A DNA stretch of 64,000 nucleotides from Nitrospirales bacterium (lineage in GTDB: Bacteria; Nitrospirota; Nitrospiria; Nitrospirales; UBA8639), in assembly GCA_965203295.1 (NCBI GenBank), contig CBDBCZ010000017.1, positions 1,344,001 through 1,408,000 on the forward strand. The letters run 5' to 3'. The translations under genes were made by a program, and so were the position numbers. The notes beneath the pieces were generated by a model, which saw nothing but the letters and a program-made list of their open reading frames with translations, had not been told where the DNA came from and ran no database searches. Position 1 is the stretch's first letter, and every line of letters starts with the position of its first letter. Positions 11,429 to 33,711 of this stretch are shown here, piece by piece.

Positions 11429-13030
11429 TTACTGCCTCTCTGCTGACGGCAGAAGTGGTTCGTACTGTTCAGGATGAACAACCCTGTCAGGGAAATTGTT
11501 TGTGTCATAATCAGTGTATAAAGAAATGATTTCCTCATTAATATTCTGTGCATTTCCGTACCTCTTTCCCTGCCTCTCAGCTGATTGTACAAGTGGCTCA
11601 TACAGTTCAGGATGAGCAACCCTGTCAGGGAAATCATCTCTGTCTCTGTGATCTTCATAATGATTGTCAACACAAGGTAAAGTAGCTCTTTGAGTTATAA
11701 CTTTCTGAAAGAATGAGGAGCAGCGATAGCGTAGTCCCAATCGAAGTACCACTTGATACGTGATGTATATATTATGATGTATAAGAGAGAGATGAAAGCC
11801 AGTCCATATGCAATGACAAAACGAGAGTGGGTGACATATGTTCCATACATAGTACCGAATTCTGCAAAGCAATACAATCCAAACGCAACTGAGTCCCAGA
11901 CATTTATCCAATTTTCTTTGTATGGCCGAAGAAGAGCGAATAACAAAGAGCCTGCACCAAGCAGTAGGATTCTGATCAGATAATGCTGACATATGGAAGT
12001 AAATATGAACTCACAATCACAATACGGAATATTAGGTAAATTCCGGCAGCAAAGATAATGCTGACATGGAAGTAAATATGAACTCACAATCACAATACGG
12101 AATATTAGGTAAATAGTACCTCCAGTCGGGTGTTCCCGCAGTCCCATCCTTGTAGTGTCCTTGGAAGGCATCTGTAAAAATGTGCAGTGCATGCCATCGA
12201 ACTCTGAAACAGTCTAGACATTTCTGAAAGATTCGGACTGGGTACAGCAACAGTAACAGTGGCATTACAATGAAAATGAAAACTGTAAATATAGCAAAAG
12301 CAGCAAAGGGGAGGTGCCCTGCACTGAAGTTTCGAATGGATGCATTATAATAAACTTGGTTCTCTACTCTGTTACTTGGAATAAACAATAATGTGGACAT
12401 ACGAAATGACGTACATGTTACAAACAAAATTTTTGAATAAGAAAGTAGTATAAATGAGGCAAATATGTGAACCAGAGATGCTGTTGGGTTCCAACTATTT
12501 GTTTTGCCAGCACACAAGTTGTGAAATGGTCTCCACAACCATATGAGTATCCTACAGCCTCTAGCATGAAGTTGGATGCAAGTGTACAAAAACACTGTAA
12601 GTAAAACGGGATAAAATGCTTCAATATATTTCAAAGACAAAGCTTGCAGCGTGGTTAGTTTAGTACTTATGCAAAATGGTGGAATGACATAGGCAAAGAA
12701 ATCCAGATTCACGACCCCAAGAAGAGTGTTACTGTAAGGTTGTGAAGGGGTTTTGAGGCCTGCATGAATGAGTATGGGTCCATTACGTTTACTACATTAA
12801 GTTAAGCAAAGTCTGAGTGACAAATATGAAGGCATTCAATGGTGCAGCAGTGATGCGGATATTGCAGAACATTAGAATGAGGCCTGAAAAGCAACGTTGT
12901 CGGGAAAGTTGCGAGGAAGATGTACAATAGCCACCCGTAGCCACTATCCAAGCACTTCGTACACTGAAGGGTGTAAGAGAACACAACAGGTCCCAGACCA
13001 TCGAACACTGTGCAGCCACTGTCAGGATGG
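11429..13030 (-). pseudogene. Frameshifted, 5'-truncated paralogue of the multi-TM family (copy B2)
   Basis: Homologous peptides occur in several frames (ORFs 12802-13008, 12792-13019, 12032-12712, 11695-12192, 11429-11992). There is an internal ~75-bp tandem duplication at 11979-12114, and homology stops at ~13030. Confidence 0.88.
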
Positions 13031-13253
13031 TCTGGGATCGTTATTAAATTCGCTCACTCAGCTACGTCAAGCTGTTATCTATGACGTACCGAGAGAGCAA
13101 GCGACTATGTCATAGATAATGATTGTGGTCCGTTAACTATGACGTAACCGAGAGAGCGAGCGGGTACGTCATAGCATTGATCTATGGTCGTATATAGGTA
13201 ACAGATAACGCATGCCTTGCTTATCCTAGCTAGGTGCCCAGCCTCTATATATA

Positions 13254-13309
13254 TAGTCTCGTGCCCATTCCTTGGTCTAGCTCGTGCCCAGGGAATGGGC
13301 ACGAGACTA
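13254..13309. mobile_element. Mini TAG...CTA inverted-repeat element
   Basis: tagtctcgtgcccattcc ... ggaatgggcacgagacta. Confidence 0.65.
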
Positions 13310-13718
13310 GCCTGGACTTAATTGGGTGGGGCGAAGGGGATACACCTGGGACTTCCCCCTTGGGTCCGCATATACGCACCGTCACGGTGGATGCTCGCAT
13401 ACCCGTGAACTACAAAGTTTAACTGACTAGTAGTCCGATAAAACGATCTGGCATTACAGGCTAAGTACTAGTATTGGCGGGATTATCCCAGGGATTGACC
13501 CCCTACATGTAGCTAATTTAAACTATAAAAGATTGAATGCAGAGTGGAATTGTCTCATACTTTTATTTGCACAGACTAGCTATCGCGAGCAAACACTACC
13601 CTGACTCAGGATCGTTTTTAGTGATTGAAGTTGAACGCTATATAAATGGCTGGCAAGAATTCCGGTGAGCTTTTTGGCTTCTGCGACCGGCTGGACAAGT
13701 TTACTAATGATTAACAAA

Positions 13719-13984
13719 CCGTTAGAGACAGTACGTTAGCATCATAGATAATATAGCCTAACCTGGCTATATTATCTATGGTTAGCGTGTAAGCTTACAT
13801 TTGTATAGGAAATTTACGCGCATGCGCACTCGTGAACTAGTAAATAGCTTGAAAATGAAGCACTGTAGCCAGCTCTAAACCCAACGGTTAGCCTCCTAGC
13901 CCCAAAACAAACCCTAACCCAACTAACCCTAACCTAACCCAAACCCTAGAAATAAGCGGATCCTAAACGCACTGTCTCTAACGG
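13719..13984 (-). mobile_element. IR-bounded dispersed repeat carrying degenerate telomeric repeats (Helentron/HINE-like)
   Basis: ccgttagagacagtacgtt / aacgcactgtctctaacgg inverted pair, with an internal (CCCTAA)-like tract at 13911-13948. The adjacent agctctaaacccaacggttagcctc matches the flank of the 22480-22757 telomeric tract. Confidence 0.6.
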
Positions 13985-14570
13985 AAATTCAAGTTTATGG
14001 GTTGGGAAGGGGCCTACAAAGACGAGAGCTGAGCCAGAGGACTTATTCACGGGACGTGCATGGCACGCACTTGCACGCTTAATCCGAGAGAATTCGATCG
14101 AGCCGGTAAACAGTTCGACCGCACGACCATGCCGCCGAGCCCGCCAAGAAAATGACCCTCAGCATGACTGTATACATGGTAGTATATAGCTATCCATGTA
14201 TATATTGGGACTGGACATGTACATTTATGCATGCTATTCTTTTAACAGGCTTTTGCTGTATAATGTTATTAATGTAAATTCGTCAAAATCGCTGCGATCT
14301 GCCTGCATGGCGCAAGGTCTGAGCGCAAGTCTACAACAGAGATCAACTTTCATTATGTGGGAAGATTGGTGAAATTTGGAGATATCCCCGGGGTTTCCCC
14401 CTCATACAGCACCATCACGATAGATGTAGTACATGCGTATATAAGGTAAAGCGGGGCTATTCCCGACAAAATTATAACCCCGGGGGTAATTCCGGCACTG
14501 GAGTGTAGTTCCAGTTTCATAAAAGTTACAAAGCTAAAAACCGCTATGCATATAGCTGTCCTATTGACCT

Positions 14571-14603
14571 TAGCCTCGTGCCATTAGCCTGGGCACGAGG
14601 CTA
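14571..14603. mobile_element. 33-bp TAG...CTA mini-element with a perfect 9-bp TSD
   Basis: tattgacct|tagcctcgtgcc...ggcacgaggcta|tattgacct. Confidence 0.85.
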
Positions 14604-15301
14604 TATTGACCTATACTGAATCAAAAAATCATCGCGTAACTCATGAACTGAACAGTATACGCTGGAGATATAGCTATATGCGTACGTAACTGGCAGATAG
14701 CGACTTCGCGCTGTTTGCCGCAGACCTGGCAACATTCGCGAGCAAACACTACCTTGATCAAAGATACTTAGTCACGGTCTTTACTGAAACGCTATAAATG
14801 GCCGCCAAGAAGCCCGGCGAACCTTTCGCGAACCCCGCGGCTATGTGATATGCGTGCCTGCAACGCCAGACTGGCTGCCAGTGGCTGGGCAGGTTTGTCG
14901 GCTGGAAAGAGGACACCGGGAGTCGAATGTGAGGATTTCCACACTTTGGCAGACGGGCGCGGGAATAGCGACGTTTACCCATTCCAACGAGCTTGCCAAC
15001 AGTTCAAATGCATGGATGACCGGCGGCCGCCGAGTCAACCAAAAAAAATCGCAACAGATTGGCAGAGAGACAGAGACCGCGCTACATGTAGCCTGGAGCC
15101 GGAGCCTGGGTTCAAGGCTAAAACCGCGCATGTATTATACAGTTATCTAACTTGTATGTCACCTGTACATTACAAATGATAGACGCGCAGCTATAAAGGC
15201 TAACGTGCTATCTCTGTCGGTCCAGACACGTGTTCAGGGTCACAGGTCAAAGTACAACCGGGAGCGCGGCTTCTAGTTCTGTAGCTGTACGTACGTACCT
15301 A

Positions 15302-15315
15302 TGACGTCATATAAA
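15302..15315 (+). promoter_or_regulatory. Full CRE palindrome plus TATA-like box upstream of the small gene, copy 1
   Basis: TGACGTCA (15302-15309) is followed by TATAAA, ~70 nt before the ATG. The CRE is retained in copy 2 (18290-18297). Confidence 0.45.
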
Positions 15316-15384
15316 TCGTTGGCTAGCTAGCTGAGCTGAGTAACTCTCAAGATTCAACTACTCACTACCTTTTAGACTATCACG

Positions 15385-17058
15385 ATGGGTGGCTGCTTCG
15401 CTCCTATGGCCCCCCCAAATGACCCTTCCATTCAATGCTTCTCGCCTGTCGCTCAGGCGTATGCGCAGAGGTCTGACTCGACAGTGAGTTATCAGTATGG
15501 TGACGGTGCTGTCTACATCAAAGACGGAATTTTGATTTACAGAGCGAGATGGATAGGCCAACTCAGCTTCTATTTGAAAGATGTGCAAAAGGTACCAAGG
15601 CTCTCGCACCCTAACAGCTACAGAAATGTACAGGGGTATACCATATTAAATAATAGAGCATACACTATTATCTATGGGTATTAATAACGATACCGTGCTC
15701 GAGCTATATCAGCTTGCTAGTGCTTAGCAAGCTACTAAGCTACTGGTTAATACAGCAAATAGCCCACGGTTTTGTTATGAGATAGTTACCCACACTTTAC
15801 AAGTTTTGCTACCTTGTGTTGATTTGCTAGTCCAACACTGCAAGAAACAAAGGGTTGTTTTAAACCAGCTAGGGCTTTCTCAGTTGCAGTCTACACAAGT
15901 GGATCACTATATACTTTTACTTCACTTTACCACTCTAGCTATTTTTCCAATAGAGAGTTTTCATTGACATCATTTTACGTCACGCGCATGTAGCAACTGT
16001 TGCCAGGGCGCCATTTTGGTGGGCAGGAAACGTACATAGCCATACGCATAAAGACCGGAAGTTACTCTCGTACTCGTAGTCTAGGTGGTAGATTCACTCG
16101 ATCTGTCCCGCCTGAAAACTGACTTACAGCGATAGTTGAGATACTGAACGCGTAAGTTCCCAGCGGCTCTTGATTCTGAGATCGCTGTATAACGTGCCAA
16201 TCTAGTCGCCCACGCATGGTGGGCAAGAACGGGCATAAACGGAACGTGACACAGACGCACGTGATCTGTGACGACACGTACATACGTGGAAACTCTCAAT
16301 TTCAGGAGGAAGGAAAGGCTCATTAGGACAAATAGTAATGTATATTTTGTATCAACCTGTTCTAATAGCCCCACCAAAGGAGCTGCATAATCTACCTCAG
16401 TTTCCTGAATAAAGTGATCATAATTATCATTGTAAATGTGCAACTGCATATTCTCTGGTACAGGGGCTGCAACTGACGTAGCCTTATATGGGATAAAACA
16501 ACCACTCTGTTTTGCAGTCCAATGTTCAAACTACTTTTTAAGTGCCATAAAGTGGTGATTCTCTTTAAGATAGCTGCGATTTGCTTAAGAATTAAACCAG
16601 CATGTTGACACTATACACCTACATGTTTGTTTATAAAGTGCTCACTGTGACCTGTTATGACTGATTCACTCCTTGAAGCCAAAGTCTCTAACCTGCTCTG
16701 AATACACTTCTTGAAATTGCCTAGCTCTGAAAGTACACCACATGGGACGCAAGAAGCAGCAGCTTCTGATTAGAATATGATCAAGAGGTGGTTACTAGAT
16801 TAATGATTAACTGCACTGAGGTTTATACCAGTATGATGAATCCATGCACAGGTGTCAGTGGAGAGGGCGTTCAGAGATAAATACACCTATATGCGACCAT
16901 GTTACTGCTGTCCTTGTGAAGGATGTCCGGATGGCATCGTTGACATTCGAGGAACTCTGGAGGGTGTGGACTTTCATATCGGACTTGCCATGCCAAACGC
17001 ACAGGAGTTTCTTGAACAGCTTCAGGCACGGATAGGAGAGAAAGACTTCGATTTTTAA
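15385..17058 (+). CDS. Two-exon 137-aa uncharacterised protein, predicted N-myristoylated/palmitoylated, PH/GRAM-like fold with a Cys string (copy 1)
   Basis: Exons 15385-15591 (AAG|GTACC) and 16852-17058 (CACAG|GTG), phase 0. The joined frame is open: MGGCFAP...LKDVQK/VSVERAF...PCYCCPCEGCP...EKDFDF*. Both exons and both junctions are conserved in copy 2. Confidence 0.85.
15836..16519. mobile_element. Intronic TIR element with a CACTG start (CMC/EnSpm-like), absent from the paralogous intron
   Basis: cactgcaagaaacaaagggttgtttt ... aaaacaaccactctgttttgcagt inverted pair. Copy 2 of the gene lacks ~15836-16634. Confidence 0.55.
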
Positions 17059-17394
17059 TAACTGAAACTATATATACTGGTACACGTCACGGATGCATCG
17101 ATCATATACTGTATGCGTGGCCAATTGCAAGCCTCATGGCAAGCTGGTTTTTAATGTTTGTTTTTTTTTGTACATTGCTGGTCTTCCAAATTTCCAATTA
17201 TTGACACAGTTACCTAGTACTACTGTTTGCATAAAGATATAGTACCAGTGGCTATACATATTTTTGTAAATTTTCACTGCACTAAGTCAGACGTATAGGT
17301 ACATGTACGTACACGGCTACACGCAATGTTGAAGAACTATTATCACGATTCACCATGCAGAAACTAGCATTGTATGTATAGATATTCATGTTCT

Positions 17395-17775
17395 TGATGT
17401 GTTTCAACTGCTGTGACCATGAGAAGTGCTTATATGTAGATCTTCTTGGCGTACTGTTCTTGGAAACCACAGAAGCAGATCTGCCCGAGTACTAGCATTG
17501 CTATACTAGCTGCTATACCACTAGCCGGGTTATACTGCTTGATTGACACTGGAGAGTGAACTTGTTGAAGGAAGCTTTAGACTAGCCTTGTTCCCAGGCT
17601 CTACTGACCAGCTTTTTTTCGCACGTATAGCTAGTAAAATAAGCAGTGCGAAAAAAAGCTGGTCAGTAGAGCCTGCATGGGAACAAGGCTAGCTTTAGCC
17701 TACTGCTGCGTGCATGGCGGTGGAGACACGGTGGACAAGCTTCTGTCTTCTGCCCCAAGCTTTTCCTCCTGGTTT
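17395..17775 (-). pseudogene. Decayed duplicate of part of the STK33 last exon
   Basis: Collinear similarity to ~20620-20866 (e.g. tggcggtggagacacggtgg.aagcttct, ttctgccccaagct, gacactggagag). Interrupted by a MITE at 17583-17691. Confidence 0.8.
17583..17691. mobile_element. TAG...CTA hairpin MITE with a 9-bp TSD
   Basis: gctttagac|tagccttgttcccaggctctactgaccagc...gctggtcagtagagcctgcatgggaacaaggcta|gctttagcc. The intact STK33 exon has a single actttagac (empty site). A related copy lies at 23161-23230. Confidence 0.85.
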
Positions 17776-18404
17776 TGACTGTGCCCGTTTGTGATAATGA
17801 ATCTGTGTGTGTGTTTCATCAGGCCTAGGGCATCAGGAGAGTGTGATACTGGCAATTCTTGCCGTAGTATACACTGATTGAGTTGGGGGTACGCAGTTTC
17901 TCAAAGGGCACACTTTATGGGAACTATCAATATCGTCAATAATTATACGTATATTATCTCGAGTCAGTCAGGAACATGTCAGCTACATGTAGCTATACAC
18001 TATAGTCTACTGTCACATGGTAGATGCTCAACGAAGTCAGCTTTGGCCGTTGAAAGAACATGGTGTGCACACATGCTATGCACTTTTCCATATATCATCG
18101 TCGGATCGCATTCGCTAGCTATAGCGTATCGAATCCGGCCCGGATCGAATTTTTCGGGGGGATCGGATCCGGGAACTCGTCGGTACGTCCAGACGCGTGT
18201 TCACGGGTCGCAGGTCAAAGTACAACCGGGAGCGCGGCTTCCAAATTCTATAAACTACGGGGCCGGGGCCCGGGGGCACTATATTCCTATGACGTCAGCA
18301 TAAATGTATAATAAGTATAGTTGATACTGCACTGGAGTACTAGATTATAGATAGGCTAGCTCTCAAGACTCAACCGGCTGCTCACTAGCCTGTACACTAT
18401 CACG

Positions 18405-19704
18405 ATGGGTGGCTGCTTCGCTCCTATGGCCCCCCCAGATGACCCTTCCATTCAATGCTTCTCGCCTGTCGTTCAGGCGTATGCGCAGAGATCTAACTCG
18501 ATAGTGAGTTATCAGTATGGTGCCGGTGCTGTCTACATCAAAGACGGAATCTTGATTTACAGAGCGAGATGGATAGGCCAACTCAGCGTGTATTTGAAAG
18601 ACGTGCAAAAGGTACCAAGGCCCTCGCCCCCGAACAGCTACTGAAACAATGTACAGGGGTATGATACTAAATATCCTACCCTATTTTCTATGGGTATATA
18701 ATTATACTGGTAAATTAAATAACGATACTGTGCTCGAGCTATATAGCTTAAGCTTGCTAGCACTTTGCAAACTACTAAGCTAGGTTACTGGTAATACAGC
18801 GAACAGGTTTTGTTATGAGATAGTTAGGCCATTCCAAATTGAATTGTTGTTTCTCGGGCCACCCAGTCAAAAATTTAGGGTCGGTAGGTCGGCTTGAAAA
18901 AGAAAAAAATATATAAATATCTTTAAAATTAATTGCATGCCGAACGCAGGACATATAAAAACAACGGTAATCGCTCCAGCTTAACTATTAGCATTTTATT
19001 TACAACTGTGGAGCCCCACTTCACCGTCACACTTGGCCAAGCACAGTTGCTACCCGTACTGTGCCGTCCCCATGTTGAGCTCAAGTTAGTACCGTATATT
19101 ATTTTAATTGTTGCTTATTTATTCTAATTATGCAACAATTTCGAAATATTTGTGTTTTCAACTCTGCCGATCAAAATTGTGGGTCGGTCGGGCCCGAGAA
19201 ACAACAAATTAATTTGGAATGGCCTTACCCACACTTACAAGTGTTTTGCTACCTTGTGTTGATTTGCCAGTCCAAAGTGCTCACTGTGACCTGTTATGAC
19301 TGATTCACTCCTTGAAGCCAAAGTCTCTAACCTGCTATGAATACACTTCTTGAAATTACCTAGCTCTGAAAAGTACACCACATAGGAATGCAAGAAGCAG
19401 CAGCTTCTGATTGGAATATGATCAAGAGGTGCATGGTTATACTAGATTAATGATTAACTGCACTGGGTTTATACCGGTATGATGAATCCATGCACAGGTG
19501 TCAGTGGAGAGGGCATTCAGAGATAAGTACACCTATAAGCGACCATGTTACTGCTGTCCTTGTGCGTGGTGTCCAGATGGCATCGTTGACATTCGAGGAA
19601 CTCTGGAGGGTGTGGACTATCATATCGGACTTGCCATGCCAAATGCACAGGAGTTTCTTGAACAGCTTCAGGCACGGATAGGAGAAAAGAACTTCGATTT
19701 TTAA
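18405..19704 (+). CDS. Two-exon 137-aa uncharacterised acylated PH/GRAM-like protein (copy 2)
   Basis: Exons 18405-18611 and 19498-19704, with the same GT-AG junctions as copy 1. About 11 aa differences and no frameshift or stop. Confidence 0.85.
18827..19224. mobile_element. PIF/Harbinger-like MITE with a TTA target-site duplication
   Basis: tta|ggccattccaaatt...aatttggaatggcc|tta. The paralogous intron has the empty site gatagttacccacac (15781-15795). Confidence 0.92.
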
Positions 19705-20581
19705 TAACTGGAACTATACTGGCACACGTGATGTATCATATACTGTGTGCGTGGCTAATTGCAAGCCTCATGGCAATTGTTTTTTCTAATGTTTGTTTCT
19801 TGTCGTTGCTAGCTGGTCTTCCAAATTGACACAGTTACCTAGTGCTCTTTGCATAAAGACAAGTGCAATGTTTTTGTTATTACAAGTTTTCACTGTACTT
19901 AAAGAGACGTATAGAATTTTATACCTGTACATGGCATTATGATTTAGAGACTATAATAGCACTGCATGTACAGTACAGTGATCATGAACCTGTAACTATG
20001 TGTGTTTCAGCAGGCTTAGGGCATCAGAAGAGTGCATGTGATACAATTCTTGTTGTAGTACATTAAATGCAATATGACTGCAGGGGTGCAGTACACGGTT
20101 TCTCAAAGGACACACTTAGCTTTTGCCCTTAGTATAAAGCAAAATCCTCAGTGGGGGTACACAGTTATTTTTTAGGGCACAATTTAAATCATACGGGGAA
20201 ATCTGTGCTACAGGGATACATAATTTTACCCTTAAAATTCTCTGTGGGGGTGCAGGTTTTTTTTTTCCTTATTATAATAGGAATTTTGTATAATATGGGG
20301 TACAGTTTTCCCCCTTTATACAATACTAAACGCATGGCCACGCAAACTGCTTTATTTTATCTGTTGACTTTCAACATTGTTTGACATTACAAATTCCTCA
20401 TAATTTTTGACACAATTACAATGAATCCATAATACTCTTTGCATAAAGATAAGTGATCACTGGCTATTGTTTTTGTTATACTTAAGACAGACAGACAGAC
20501 ATATAGGATATGTACACACAAAGTCCGATCCGACAGAAGTACTATAACATTATACACGATTCAGAAACAAAGCATTGTGCA

Positions 20582-31437
<10,856 letters not shown>

Positions 31438-32916
31438 TGCCCTCGAAGAAAGCTAGCAGTCTTCATGCACACAGTACGCGGACCTCGTATGCACCGTGGT
31501 TAGGTAATGCACGGCAAATTTCTGCTCACTCCACTTCTCTCAGCAACGTTTTCCTCGTGTAAACAGAGCTGAAAGTGTCAGACGATTATCGGGTATCACT
31601 GGCTCTGCCCCCTTTTTCAACGGCATAAAAAAATGCTAAAAAATATTTCTGCCTACCCATGCAAAAATGAATCGGCTACGCCCACTTTTTACTTTTCCGT
31701 ATTTTCCCGTAAAGTTTCAAAAACCGATCGTAATTGGAAAGGTCATGGATACCTATATCGTACACTTCCGTGTAGCTAGTCAGCAAAAAGTTTATAGCTA
31801 GAGAGTAAAGAAAGTCGGGCTGGTTTACTATCTGCGCCATTACTTTAGAGAAAAAGCCGGACACCCTCCAAGAACTACACATCGGTGCAAAATGATGGTA
31901 CGTTGGGCTGCTCGGGGGTTGAACGGGCAAATTATCTGCTCGTCAAGTCTTTTACATCGTGCATGTGGTCAATTTGGTGTTTCGACAGCGTACGTTAACG
32001 AGATAGAAATACCATAAACTGGCGGGTTGTACCATGGGTTGTACACACCGTTCAGCGGATTGACTGAACGCTTTGCACGGGCGTTAAAGTTTACAACACA
32101 TACTCGTCGCTCCCGTTGGACCGTTTGTATATTATGCTAGTATGATATGGGGACAAGGGGGCAGGCTATTATAAGTTTAGTGGTGTTGGTACGAAACACC
32201 GTTGAATCACAGCCACAATTGCACATTTATCTATAATACAGAGATAGGCCAGGGAATTCTGTGTGCTAGAAGCCAGAAAGGTCCTTTTTTAAGTTACAGC
32301 CCCTGTATATCCTATAAATTTATTCTGGTCTATAGATCTGTGAGTAATATTAAAGCCATGGCCAGTTAGTGTACATGCCCTGTGTGTGCGTAAATTTGTT
32401 GTCATTATTTCATGACTTAAGATGTATTGGATATGTTAGTATCAATGTCACTCGACCATATTACACCGTGCGCACTTGTGTAGTGGAATGTATGCTGTAT
32501 GTTACAATGTCAGTTGAGTGTAGCACATACAGAATACATAATATAGGAACAACATAAAATATGTGCCCATGTCACAATACCACTAGAAAGAGCTGTAAGA
32601 ATCTTCAGCTTAGGCTATGCATCTGTATAAGCTTAGTGTATACGTGCCAATGTTTATTGGAAGGTAGGTTTATCAGTGGATGTACTTGTGGTAACCTTTG
32701 TGAGGGAGTACTAGTAACAGCTGGAATTGAGTACTAGTGTCTGCTAGTGTGCCACTTTTTTTCTGTGAGGTCAGCAAACTATTAAAGACCGTTGTTGCAC
32801 ATGTACAAGTGCGTGCAGAGAGGCCCATTTCAGGGAGCCGTCTCATTCCCCATCGGTGAATGTAATTCCATCCCAACTTGAGCTCTTCTGTCGTTTCAGA
32901 GCACTCTTGTCCCACT

Positions 32917-33210
32917 CTAAGACATTCTAGACTTGCAGTCTAGTCGTCCTAAGTCATTCTAGACCTAAGACATTCTTGACTTGTACTCTAGAACTCGTCC
33001 TAAGACATTCTAGACTTGTACTCTAGAACTTGTCCTAAGACATTCTAGACTTGTAGTCTAGTCGTCCTAAGACATTCTAGACCTAAGACATTCTAGACTT
33101 GTAGTCTAGTCGTCCTAAGACATTCTAGACCTAAGACATTCTAGACTTGCACTCTAGAACTCGTCCTATGATATTCTAGACTTGCACTCTCCTTCTAGAC
33201 TTGCAGTCTA
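32917..33210. repeat. Minisatellite of ctaagacattctagac(ttg/cta) units
   Basis: About 10 recurrences of (g)acattctagac in 17-37-bp units. Confidence 0.85.
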
Positions 33211-33637
33211 CAGCTCGTTTTTTTTTTGTTGTTGTTGTTGTGTCTTAAAACAAGCTTTTTTTCTTTCGTTTTTTCTTGGCTGTGTTTGCCCGAGAGCCCA
33301 GGCTATATCTAGCTGCCATGACAAACGTGCTTACAGATAACAGAATACTTACAAGCTGGCTTCAAGTCCACTGCATGTGTTGTAATTCCATTGTTGGAGA
33401 GACTGGGTGTAGAAATGATTACCTCCTGGTCTGCATGCATGCAGTTGGTCATGGCCTAGAAGACTGGACTAGATTCGTTTTTGTTTTTTTCATTGAGCCA
33501 TAAAACTTTCCAACTCTTGCACTGGCATTTACCAAACAGTATCCCGTTTTGTTGTTTGTTGGTATCCATGTACTGGCAAGTGCTACTAGCTGGTTTAGTG
33601 GCTATATAAAGATTGCCTACTGCTCCTCTGCCAAGGG

Positions 33638-33711
33638 GCTCCAGTAGCTCAATTGGTAAGAGCATCTGACTTGTATTCAGAAGGTCCTGGGTTCAATCCC
33701 CAGCTGGGTCC
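33638..33711 (+). tRNA. tRNA-like cloverleaf (anticodon TGT, Thr) with a damaged acceptor stem; probably a SINE head or tRNA pseudogene
   Basis: D arm GCTC-AATTGGTAA-GAGC, anticodon arm TCTGA-CT TGT AT-TCAGA, T arm CTGGG-TTCAATC-CCCAG. The acceptor GCTCCAG/CTGGGTC has a C-T mismatch. Followed by a T run. Confidence 0.6.

Noticed and set aside
31530..31550. RFX X-box upstream of STK33
   Set aside because: Only a half-site (AGCAAC) matches, which is too weak to call.
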